From Octopus bimaculoides (lineage: Eukaryota), in assembly GCF_001194135.2 (NCBI RefSeq), contig NC_068981.1:40998900-41062899 (forward strand): a DNA stretch of 64,000 nt. Reading direction: 5' to 3'. Shown in pieces: positions 24,650 to 36,077 of this stretch; the stretch's first letter is position 1; each line of letters starts with the position of its first letter. The position numbers and the translations under genes are program-made. The notes under the pieces were generated by a model, which had not been told where the DNA came from, searched no databases, and worked only from the letters and a program-made list of their open reading frames with translations.

Positions 24650-25382
24650 TTAACTTCTCTAAAATCACCAAAGAACTAGTAACAGCTGATACACATGGGA
24701 GGGCTGAGTTTTGCAGAACCCATTGTCTCAGAAACCATGCTTTACAGTTTGATGGCAGAACACCATCTCAACATGGTCTCTATTTAAGACAGCTGCTGCA
24801 TTTCTTTTTCCTGTTGATCATACTGGTGCAAACAGTGTGGACAGTGGCCTGGGAATGGAATTTGCTTAGTGGGTGCAAACTCAGTTCCAAAATTTTTCTA
24901 CAAGCAAGGCCAAGATTTTGTCAATCTTAATATCAAATCAAACACAGGTATAATAAATTTTTTTATTATTGTACAAGGAAAAGTAATGCTTCAAATCACT
25001 CCAAATTTTTTTTCTATACTCTCTTGTTTTGGTGATGAAGTTTTCCAAGAGGATGTCCAAAGTGTTTTCCTTGCACAAGTTTTATGTACATACATTACAG
25101 CACAGTGTGTTAGACAATGTTGTGTCATTGTGGTACTGAGTCAGGTCTTCAAACAGCAAAGTGTGTTGAACATTCTCTCGCTTGATGCAACAGACACAGG
25201 ATTGCAACAGGATGACATTTTCATCACAAAGGCTGGTCCATAGTGCTTTCAGAAGAATGGTGATTTGGTGAACAAAGTTCAATACATTGGTGTCCATGAC
25301 AACCATAGAGCCAACTTCTTGGAGGACAAGGTCCAGAGAGTGATTTCCGTAGTGTACAAAATATGTACCAGGAAATATGTAT
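24650..25382 (-). mobile_element. Degraded ZMYM1-like hAT transposase C-terminal remnant
   Basis: The - strand reads TYFVHYGNHSLDLVLQEV (cf. the CxxH region HCxNHxLNLVLQ). A decayed WLRxTMG dimerisation motif lies near 24720-24750. Confidence 0.6.
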
Positions 25383-26728
25383 TTTAATCTCTTTTACTTA
25401 CCTCCCACTCTCCAGTCCTGTCCGCTTGGCCCTGTGCCACTGTATCATTGTTCTCCACTAGCCCCCAACCTGTGTGTTCCAACCACACGCAACAAGAAAA
25501 TTTTTCACATACCATACCCCTAACAAACCAATCTACATCTCTTCTCTTCCTCACATTTCCTCCTTCATACACTATGCATAGCTCTCACTCCCCAATACTG
25601 TCCTCACGGCCCTGTCCCTCTGTATCATTGCTATCCAGTAGCCCCCAACTCTATATATACTCAGGTTTTTGCCACTCACTCCCCTCTGCACTCTTTAATC
25701 ATGCTTCCCTCATAATACCCAGCCACTTTTATTATGACGTTCATCCCTCAAGGGTATGCCCTGGCACTTGCCACCATCTATCTCTCTCTTCTTTTACTCA
25801 ACCATCCCATTTATATTCTGCTCCCTGTCACTTATGAGTATGCCCAGCACTTTGCTACCATCTCTATCTTGCTGTTTCCCACTCTCCTTCTCATGGTTAC
25901 CCAACCTGAGGGAATCAGGTTGGGTAACCATGTAGTTCTTTTGTGGCAGTGCACCTCTTTCTGTCTTCATTTCTGGTCTCTCTCTTTCCGGCTGGGTAAC
26001 CTTGTACCTCCTCTACTGCAAGACACTTGTTTCCATCTCTTTGTCTTACTATAATCTGACACAAGATCACCTCCTCCAATGCCCCCTCCTCTCAAAAGAG
26101 AATTTTTTGTCTTGCAAATACTTGGTGACCCTGTCAGTGCAAGTGCCACTTAAAGGCACCCAGTCCACACTGTAAAGTGATTGGCATTTCGAAGGGCATC
26201 CAGCTGTAAAAACCTTGCTAAAACTGACTTCACCTGTGCTTGTGCCATGTAAAAAGCACTAAGTCTACTCTGCTGAGTGGTTGGTGTTAGGAAGGGTACT
26301 GTCATCCATGCAGATACATTTCTCTCCTATGACATCACGGTTTTCTCTCACACACTGTTTTGCAATTCAAAATATTTCAGTTCTTTGGTCCTTATATCAC
26401 TGAACATTGGCAAACTTCTTCTTTTCTGCTACTCCCTTGGCTATATATACCTGTCTCCTAGCTTCCCTTTTGGCTATTTGATACATTCTCCTGTTACCCC
26501 CACTCTTCCAGGCCTGTTTCTTTACTCTAATGGCCCTGTCTATAGTATTGTTCCACTACCATGTTATCCTAGGTCTGGTAGGGACTTTGCACCAGCCACA
26601 GATTTGGTCTGTGATGCTCAGCAAGCTGTCTTGCAGGAATTCCCAGCTGCCTCTTATGTCACAGGACTGTAGCTCCTCCTCCCTATCATCAAATTTCTCA
26701 GTAAAGATATCCCTAAATCTATATATAT

Positions 26729-26789
<61 letters not shown>

Positions 26790-26810
26790 TATATATTATA
26801 TATATATATG

Positions 26811-26841
<31 letters not shown>

Positions 26842-26928
26842 NNNNNNNNNNNNNNNNNNNNNNNNNNNNNNNNNNNNNNNNNNNNNNNNNNNNNNNNNNN
26901 NNNNNNNNNNNNNNNNNNNNNNNNNNNN
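26842..26928. other. Assembly gap after (TA)n
   Basis: 87 N. Confidence 0.99.
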
Positions 26929-27900
26929 GACTGGTGAGGACATGCGTAAGCTCACAAGAAATGAAGCCAGTATGCTCCGATGAATGTGTAATGTCAGTGT
27001 GCATACTCGACAGAGTATAAGTACCTTGAGAGACAAGTTAGACCTAAGAAGCATCAGTTGTGGTGTGCAAGAGAGACGATTGGCTGGTATGGTTATGTGG
27101 CAAGAATGGATGAGGATAGCTGTGTGAAAAAGTGCCACACCCTAGCGGTTGAGGGAACCTGTGGAAGAGGTAGTTCCAGGAAGACCTGGGATGAGGTGGT
27201 GAAGCACGACCTTCGAACATTAGGTCTCACTGAAGCAATGACTAGTGACCGGGACCTTTTGAAATATGCAGTATGTGAGAAGACCCAGCAAGCCAAGTGA
27301 GAGCATAATCTGTGGCCTCTGCCAGAAGTGTAGCCAGCTCACTCATTCGTATCTTTACTTCACTGGACACTAAACTCTGCTTGCGAAGACCTGTTGAGGC
27401 AAGAGAATTTTGAAATCGAAATCGAACCAAATTCGACGACTGGCGTCCATGCCAACCTTTCCTTCATTGGACACTAAACTCTGCTTGCAAAGACCTGTTG
27501 GGGCAAGTGAAATCGAAATCGTAATTGAACCATATTCAATGACCAGTACCTGTGCCAATGGAGCACTAACAGCACCATCCGAGTGGGATCATTGCCAGAG
27601 CAGCTGTCTGGCTTCCGTGCTAGTGGCACATAAATAGCACCATTTGAACGTGATCGTTACCAGCGTTGTCTTACTGGCACTTGTGCTGGTGGCACGTTAG
27701 AAAATCATTTGAGCGAGGTCGTTGCCAGTGCCGCTGGATTGGCTCCTCTGCAGGTGGCACATAAAAAACACCATTTTGAGTGTGGCCGTTGCCAGTACTG
27801 CGTGACTGGCCCTCGTGCTGGTGGCACGTAAAAGCACCCACTACACTCTCGATGTGGTTGGCATTAGGAAGGGCATCCAGCTGTAGAAACTCTGCCAGAT
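26929..27900 (+). mobile_element. RTE-clade LINE, RT C-terminus plus 3' UTR
   Basis: Translates to EDMRKLTRNEASML...RMDEDSCVKKCHTLAVEGTCGRGSSRKTWDEVVKHDLRTLGL. It is the same family as 50870-51875. Confidence 0.9.
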
Positions 27901-28196
27901 NNNNNNNNNNNNNNNNNNNNNNNNNNNNNNNNNNNNNNNNNNNNNNNNNNNNNNNNNNNNNNNNNNNNNNNNNNNNNNNNNNNNNNNNNNNNNNNNNNNN
28001 NNNNNNNNNNNNNNNNNNNNNNNNNNNNNNNNNNNNNNNNNNNNNNNNNNNNNNNNNNNNNNNNNNNNNNNNNNNNNNNNNNNNNNNNNNNNNNNNNNNN
28101 NNNNNNNNNNNNNNNNNNNNNNNNNNNNNNNNNNNNNNNNNNNNNNNNNNNNNNNNNNNNNNNNNNNNNNNNNNNNNNNNNNNNNNNNNNNNNNNN
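27901..28196. other. Assembly gap
   Basis: 296 N. Confidence 0.99.
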
Positions 28197-28725
28197 GGAG
28201 TAAATGCATGTTATAACTGCATACTTTATTCTGACATATGTTTCGAAGAATTACAGTTTATGCGATCCATAGGAATCGTCGATGTTAAAAATGTAAGGAA
28301 TGTATTCTTCGGTGGAATGGGTATGTCCTTAAGTGATGCGTTGATGTTGAATAACTCCATTTTTGGTAACTATTAAGATAGCAGATTTTACTATGGACCT
28401 GTTTAAAATATATTTAATTATATGTATTTATTTTATCCTAATAAATAATAATTCGGATAAAATAAATGGGTTAATAGAAACCAAGGTAGCAAAGATCACA
28501 AAATAACTGTGGTGTAATTCCTGTTAGTGAGGCAGAAACTCCTTGATATTTTGGGTATTTGAGTATATATAAAAATTTAAGGAATGGAGTAAACGCATGT
28601 TATAACTGCATACTTTATTCCGACATATGTTTCGAAGAATTACAATTTATGCGATCCATAGGAATCGTCGATGTTAAAAATGTAAGGAATGTATTCTTTG
28701 GTGGAATGGGTATGTCCTTAAGTGA
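28197..28725. repeat. 389-bp tandem unit (one full plus one partial copy visible, the rest possibly in the gap)
   Basis: ggagtaaa(t/c)gcatgttataactgc starts at 28197 and 28586. I count 4 differences over the ~140-nt overlap, 3 of them at CpG sites. Confidence 0.9.
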
Positions 28726-28911
28726 TATATATATATACATTTATCAGTTCGTTTTGTAAGGTTCCTAATGTGAAATCATTTGCTGAAGCAGATATTGTTG
28801 TATTTCGAGATGGTCGTTCTTTTTCTTCTTTTTTTTGCCAAATAAACATTCGCACTCTATATTTCTATTCTTCACTTGTTTATTACTGTTCTTATTTTAC
28901 TTCATGTCCAT

Positions 28912-28957
28912 TGTCCGGAAATCTTTCATCACACATCTGTGACCTCTTCAGCAACAC
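28912..28957 (-). ncRNA. Putative minimal type I hammerhead ribozyme (PLE-type), copy B
   Basis: The - strand reads GUGUUG CUGAAGA G GUCACA gaug UGUGAU GAAA GAUUUC CGGACA. It differs from copy A only at N7, loop II and a CpG site in stem I. Confidence 0.62.
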
Positions 28958-30670
28958 TTTTCGTTTTCGTTTGTGTTCTTGTTCCGCTTACTCCAGAAAT
29001 TGCTCCCAGGACTTGTTCTTTGTAAGCTTAGTACTTATTCTATCGGTCTCTTTTATCAAACCGCTAAGTTACAGGGATGTAACAAATAGAGATAGATGCA
29101 AGTGTGAAGACATACAAAATTTCCTCTGGTTTATCATGCCTGTTAAGGTGGGGGAGCCAAAAGTGTTCTTGTTCCCAGGTGCTAAGAGTCTTTGTCATGC
29201 CACTACTTCTACAACAGCCTATGTTCTTTTAAACTAGGTAACTGCATATACCCTCCACCCAGATTTATTTGACCCACCAGTCTCCCTTCCTGTTGTTACC
29301 TCTATGTTTGTTTAATCAGCTCATCCACAGATTCCAACTGCTACCATTGAATGACTTGCCTAATCCTTCCTCCCTAGAACTGTAATTCTTCTCCACCTCA
29401 GTTAACAACCTTCAGATATTCAAACTGAACATTAGTTTCACTTGTCTCACAGATTATGCAAAAAAAGTCCTTCCTGTTTTGATCAAAATTGTATTTTAAA
29501 AATATTTGATTATACTCTTACAAATTTTTTTCTCTTTATTTCCTACCCAACTTTCAAGAAAGCCAGCCTTTGCTTAGTGCCTTTCTCAGTTCTTTGATCT
29601 AATGAGAATCCCCTCACACGTACACACATGCTGCCTCAACTTGAATATTAACAAAATCTCCCTAAAAATACTCCCACTTGTTAAAAAAAAAGGGGGGGAT
29701 GGTCACTGTCTGAATACTTTAAATTGTAGGATTGCTCAGTTAGAGCTAACTTGGGACTATACAGTGACATACCTATTCTTAGCCCAATAACCAGAATTTT
29801 TGATGACATTGATTACCAAATGTTTCAGATATTATTGTTTGTGCTTACCTTCATGTTAGCCCTGCTTGAGTACACTTATGATCAAAAGCATGTTATGATT
29901 ACTCTGCCATTTTAGGGCAATATAAGATTGATAAGAGTTCTCACCTTGATCAAGACAGCAGGGTGTAGCTTGAAGGAGAGTTGGCAGCTATTTCTAACAA
30001 GTTGAACAACTTAAAGATTCCCCACTTGTCTCATAATATGAGATACGTTTCATTATGTTGATGGATTTTGTAAATCAAAATCATTTGTATTTAGTTTATT
30101 TAACCACTATGTAAAACATGTTTATGAACTGTTATCTAACCCATAACAGAATATACATTTGTTTGTAGTTGGTGATGGACGAGATAACCCTTCTACACAG
30201 ATGAAGTAAAAGCTGTTGATGCTTAGCTAGAACTAAGTTAATTCCTGTAGGGAGCAGCAAATCTGACAAGTCAGGATTGAGTAAGGCATTTAATGCAAAG
30301 TTTGGGGAGTGTTTCTTGGTAAAAATAACAAAAATGGGGGAGATGGATGGATTGCATCAGCGGTGAGTCCAGAAGAGCAGAACCAGTAACTGAGACAAAG
30401 TGGAAAAGGCAATTGTGATCTACTGGTATAACATTGACTTAAGGATGTAGATAGCGATTGCATTTTCCTAAACATGCATGCATACTTAAATAACTATAAT
30501 ATAATTTGCCTCTTGGAACCCATGCTGTGCTAAACTGACGGCCTCTCCAAATGTATTTCATCTATTTGTAGCTATCCACAGTTGACCACACCTGTACCCA
30601 GGCATATATACAAATTGAAAACAGTACGAATAGATTACGTGTTATTAGTAATATTAATCAAATCTCATAC

Positions 30671-30811
30671 AAAACATAGTATGACAGAATCAGCATGTTG
30701 ATTCCGGACTGAGATGAAATTGAAACTTGACCTTTCCAGACTACTGAATCGCTTCCAACTGATCAGTCGGTAAATTCGTTGCCTGAAGCTGCTTGAGTTA
30801 TAGAACAACAT
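30671..30811 (-). CDS. Candidate first coding exon of an unidentified divergent gene (mitochondrial-presequence-like)
   Basis: ATG at 30811 opens MLFYNSSSFRQRIYRLISWKRFSSLERSSFNFISVRNQH, which is Arg/Ser-rich with one acidic residue in the first 40. Possible donors are AG|GTCAAG (30731) and TT|GTATGA (30670). It lies within the CpG-rich domain. I recognise no homology. Confidence 0.25.
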
Positions 30812-31103
30812 AAATTAAACTTTCTTTGATAAGCTCAATGAGAGCTAAAAAAAGAATTCCTGATAGACCTTTAGTTTAGTTCGCATTGTAAATATATTAA
30901 AATATTTTTTTCTAAAGTAATAATAAGATACTTTACAAATATATTGATAACTGGTTTGTATTCAAAAATATTTTTGAAGATATCCATGCAAATTTACAGA
31001 ACTATATTCTTGTAACTCAGAAATTTTGTCACATAGAGTGATGTAGTTCAGACTTGATTACATGTGGATTAATATCTTCAACAGCATGTAGTACGGAAAC
31101 AAC

Positions 31104-31469
31104 ATGGCGGTCTCCGTACGTGTTCACTCACACGTTATTTTATTATTATTATTCATGGTCACAATACATTCTAATTATGCATTTGGACGCAAGGAATATG
31201 ACGTAGATAATCATAGAGTAATAAAACGAAGTCATTTTGATGATTCGGTAAAGAAATATAAAATAATTTCTACAGTAGAAAATCTAAGAGCACATAAGGA
31301 AAGAAACAAGCTAATTCTGAATCAGCATGAAGTACGTAGTGCCAGGAAACGTCCACCTTTAAAGATTTTTGAATCTCGTGAATGTAAAACTGAAGTCAGT
31401 CTATATTGTAGCAAAAACACATATGACAATAATATTGAAATATTAGAATGCTTGCAAAATGACTTAAAG
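31104..31469 (+). CDS. GLG1: GLG1 exon 1 (signal peptide, N-terminal linker, start of first Cys-rich GLG1 repeat)
   Basis: Start context aacaacATGG. Hydrophobic signal MAVSVRVHSHVILLLLFMVTIHSNYA. ECKTEVSLYCSKNTYDNNIEILECLQ aligns with human ESCREDVTRVCPKHTWSNNLAVLECLQ. Donor AAG|GTAAGG, phase 0. Confidence 0.93.
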
Positions 31470-34400
31470 GTAAGGGATACTAAGCTTACTTTCATACAAT
31501 TTGAATGTATTACATGCAGTTGGTGGTGTACATTTGTCAAAATTTATTTTATGGATATACGTATTAAGTTTCTTAATGTTTCATTCGAAACAATTAAATT
31601 AGTAAAGATAGAACAAAATTATAGATTAAAAAAGAAAGAAATAACAATAGTTGAAAGTCAACTGAAAAGCATTTTATATTTTCATAGCTCTGTCGGTGGT
31701 ATTTATATTTTTGTTCATTTAGTCCAAGATTTTGAGTCGGAATCTTCCTCCAAAAAGCTCTGTAGCCTAATATTTGAAGAAAACATTTTTATACCTCCTC
31801 ATTTATATTTCTAATCTGCTATAAGGATAATTTAAAGCAAACACTCTCTGTTTATTATTTTTCGCTAATGAAAATTCCGAGCTAGATGCTTTTGTTTATT
31901 TCTATCAATTTTCGTGTTGCATCTCGATATAACACTCCAAATTATAAGAGACTGGAAACTTAAAAAAAAAAAAAAGAAAAACGTTTTTTTTTTCTCTCGA
32001 TCGTGGTATTGAATGAATGCTCATGAATTATATTCTAGGCTTTTTTGTACACTTTCATCAAGCAAAACATCTTCAATCAAAACCATTTAATCGAAACTTT
32101 TAAAAACATTAATTCGTTGTTGAATTTTAGTTTGTTTATATTTTCTTTAACGCACTCACACACAAGACATTTAGAAACTAGACAATCTATAATTCATATT
32201 TGTTTCTGCTTAGATAATCAACGAAAATGAAGTCTTGTTTATAGATACTCTTTGGCAATTTTTTTTCGAAATCGACAAACGAAAATATTACAAATGAATG
32301 AATAATTTTTGTGGAGGGACAGAAAATACACGGATTTTTTTTAAATGATTGCCTCTTAGTGTTTAATAAACCACCGAGTCACATGTGTTGTGTATATCTA
32401 TGTATGTATATATAGATTGATTGAACTCCAGTTCATTTATAGTTTGTAGTAAACCTTTTGTGTCGATTATAAATAATATTAAAGGATGTAGGTGTTTTGG
32501 CTTCGTCTTGAAGCACGGCTTTGATCCAAATGTAATTATAGTTCACTATTGGAAGTTATACCAGTCAATGAGAATTTACTGTTTTAATTCATTTACTTTA
32601 CATTTTCCTCCAGATTTCCCTATTCTATGAATTTATTTTAAAGGTTACTCTATTATGACATATCTTTAATGTTATTCTTAATCCATTTGGGGATTCAAAC
32701 ATTCTGTATTTACTTGCTGTTTTAACCCCCAGGATCCTATCCTTTCTTGCTGCTTTTAATTCATTTGTCATTTTAAAAACAAAAATGCTAATCTAAAAGC
32801 TTATTGATCGCCATTTCAAGCATTTTTGAAAGTGGTCTAATAGTTCATGTCTGTAGAATTCCTAGTTAGGTTTATAAACTTAGACGTATATTGTCCCGAG
32901 GTAAATCTGTTGACAAGATCTACACTTCATTTTTTTTTATAATAGCACTGTCAACGTCATAGAAGATGTCTGCATCTGCTTGTCAGATTTTTCTCACAAA
33001 AATATCCGTGAAATAAACCCCGTTTGATCTTCATTTAGGTGGCGATTTAGGGAGATTTTTCTTTTATTTTGTAACCGCTGGTAGTGTAGCTTGTTAGCTA
33101 TTTGATAATGAGATTGTTAGAGTGACTAGGAACAATTTTCACGGTCCATCGTGAAATAACTTCCTCAGATTTGTAAGTTTGTGTTTCTTTTGAAGTTGTG
33201 GAGGATTTAAAAAATCGACACGTAGAGAGGGAAATACATCGAATTGAACGAATTAACATAATACCTTCATTCTTTAATACTGTTTGTTTAAATATTAAAA
33301 AACTCATCCAACTGCATCATTTTCAACCAAGTTAGAAATTACCATTGTTAAGCAATAATTAGCGCAGTTGACTCCTACATGTCCTGTCACTGATGTGTCC
33401 AGTATCCATAACAACACCAAATGCATTATTTCTGCATCACCTTACTATATCCAGTTCATAGTTGGGTCTTGAATGATATTAGGTTCTTAAAGAAATTTAA
33501 TGATTTTTTTATATCGTGATTGACACTCATTTTAAACACGGAATTTGAATACATGATTAACAAAATTTAAGGAGTTTACGTATATCTTTAAGTATAAAGA
33601 ACGAACATTTCGAAGGTCCGTCCTTACGGTTGTCTTAATACCAACTCAGCCCTGATCGTAACCACTCGCCACCTTTTTTCCAAGACAGAAATGTGCATGT
33701 AGTTCTACATTATTCAATATGGCCCCCCTAAAAAAAGTTTCAGCGTGATTCAAGGGAGATTTGACTGCTGTTTGTGGCAGGTTGAGCAACCGGGTACAAG
33801 CTTCTTCGTTGATTCGTTTCTATTGTGGCGTTGCAAGCCAACTCCCCTTGACAATGTAACGATCCAGATTTTGCTAACCGCACATTTTTTTAATTTTTTT
33901 TTAATAATAAAAAAAAAAAATATGGGTTATCGAATGTGGAAATGAGATTCGATTGAGAACGTAAAAGGACTTGACCAAATACCATCAGTCCCTAGAACCA
34001 TGTGGTTGCAAAGTACGTGCTGTTGAAAGTAGTTGGACTGGGTTTAAATATAACATCTGTCCACTGATCATGGTTCTGAATAAGTTCGTGAGCATTGTGC
34101 TTTCTCCTCAGACATAGCCATAAAATGTGTGTGTATACATACAGACAGGATTTCTGAATGAAACAAAACAAAAACATTAAGGAGAAAAAACTCCAAGAAA
34201 AACTGTATCCATGTTCTACTAGAGAGACATCAAAATAACAGACCATTCATTAAAACCACCTTTAGCCCCTAGAATAGCCTTAATATGTCATGGAAGTGAT
34301 GCATTTCCACTCTAGCATAAAAACAAAAAAGGTGTAGCAACAGGAAAGGCATCCGGCCATAGAAAATTCACCTCAACAAATTCTGTCTGACCCATGCAAA

Positions 34401-36040
34401 CCTGGAAAAGTGGATGTTAAATGATGATGATGATGATAACGTGTGTATCACTGTCATCATTCTAAGTTCATTTTACATGCAAGCATGAGTTGGATAGTTC
34501 AACAGAATCCAATGAGCCAGTGGTTCATGTCTTGATCTAATATCTTATTTTTGGCATGGTTTCTATTGTTGGATGACTTTCTTGACATCAGCCACTTTTA
34601 CACAATATACTGGGTTTATTGTTTTGATGGGATGGAACAAACTTATTGCGAGATGATGGTAATGGAGAGAATAAAAGAGGGAATAGTGTTGAGGTGGGAA
34701 TAATGAAGACCATGGACAGGGGAGTGGGAGAGTGACATCAGGAATTAGTGTGAAGGAGAAAGGGAAGACAAAATGACAGTGGTAATAGGGTGGGTTGAGT
34801 CGGTGGACTTGATGATGGAGTGGATCAGTCCACTTATACAAGTATGAGTTAAATGTTTTGTCTGGGTTCACGACAGTTCTTATTGTTGAGAGAGGATGGT
34901 AGGGAAGGAAATCATAGAAGGGCAAATGAATAGTGTTAGAGGATTAGTGAGAGATGGTTAGAGAGTGATTAGTGTGGTAGGGAGGGTTGCACAGAAGATG
35001 CAGTGCTACCACATGTGGGTAAGTAGAGCAGCATGTGGAGGAGAGGTAAGATGGAGATGAGGGACCAAGGCCTGTCCTCAAAGTAACTTGTCCAAGAGAG
35101 TATGGTTACAAAAGAATTAGGGAGAATGGGTAATGATTGCTGGAGTGCAACCTCTCTCCATTCAATCATCAACCATTTGGTGGTGGAGGGAAAGGGAAAT
35201 ATTCAATATACACAAATGAAGTACTTAGTTATGGTTGAGATGGTAAAACAAGAAGGTATAAAATTAGTATAGCAAGTAGATGAATAGATAGATGGTGGAG
35301 GAACATGAGTGTGTAGTATGCACAATGGACAGTGGATTGTATGCACAGAACAATAGGTAAAGGTATAGTGTGTGGACTAGCCCACTATTTTAACAAGTCT
35401 TTTGCCAAGTTTGCATTGGAAGTTAGGTCTTCTGCAGCACCACCTTATTAATAAGGTCCTCTGTTATTTCCGTTATCTGTTGTAATATCTTGAAATGATT
35501 TTTCACTACCTCATCCCAAGTCTTCCTAGGTCTCCTTCCACTGAACCATTAGAGTGCTTGACAGTTGTGCAGCTGTCTTCTTCCATTCACATCACATGCC
35601 CTTGCCATTGCACTCTCCTCTCTTACACATTACATCAACTTTCCCTTATACCCAGTTTGTCTTTCAGTGGATTTTTACTTCATCATTCATGCACACTAGC
35701 ATGACACTTCCAGTGAAGTATGCCCACCTTATTTATTTCTAGTCTTCATAGGTCCTTTGCATCTAAGACCCATGTCTTGCTGATACCTTGCACACTAGCA
35801 TCATTCAACCTGTCCTTGACATTCAGGTATAAACATTTATTTCCTGCAGAGGTAATAGCTTCCCAAACTTTCTCCATCCTGTTCTTATTCAAGCTGCCAC
35901 AATTTCAGAGCATGTACCCCTACTTTTCTCATGGTCACCTTGGCAGCAAAACATATCTACTACTTCTAGGGAACTGTCCAAGCATTTGAGAGAATCTACT
36001 TCCTCAGCACTCTTGATGCTTACTGCCCCAATGCACCTTC

Positions 36041-36077
<37 letters not shown>

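Larger units (their letters stand above)
30040..34050. promoter_or_regulatory. CpG-retaining (probably unmethylated) promoter domain around the GLG1 start
   Basis: By hand count there are about 16 CpG in 31861-32400 versus about 3 in 42301-43600 and about 2 in 11701-13000. The domain brackets the GLG1 ATG. Confidence 0.65.

Noticed and set aside
27780-28376. 198-aa ORF spanning the gap (also 26530-27138 and 17339-17749)
   Set aside because: The length is an artefact of N runs and (TA)n.
31470-31814. Continuation of the 236-aa ORF 31104-31814 past codon 122
   Set aside because: GLG1 homology stops at a strong donor (AAG|GTAAGG). The remainder is intronic read-through with no similarity.
33098-33307. 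- strand ORF containing MLIRSIRCISLSTCRFFKSS, which looks like a mitochondrial presequence
   Set aside because: It has no usable donor, an early stop and no homology. It shows that such peptides arise by chance here, which is why the 30811 ORF has low confidence.
34620-35380. Long purine-rich / pyrimidine-rich asymmetric tracts (also 21585-21960, 25390-26100, 59170-59700, 61930-62350)
   Set aside because: They have no periodicity or ORF and resemble each other loosely as an old repeat class. I could not support any specific function.
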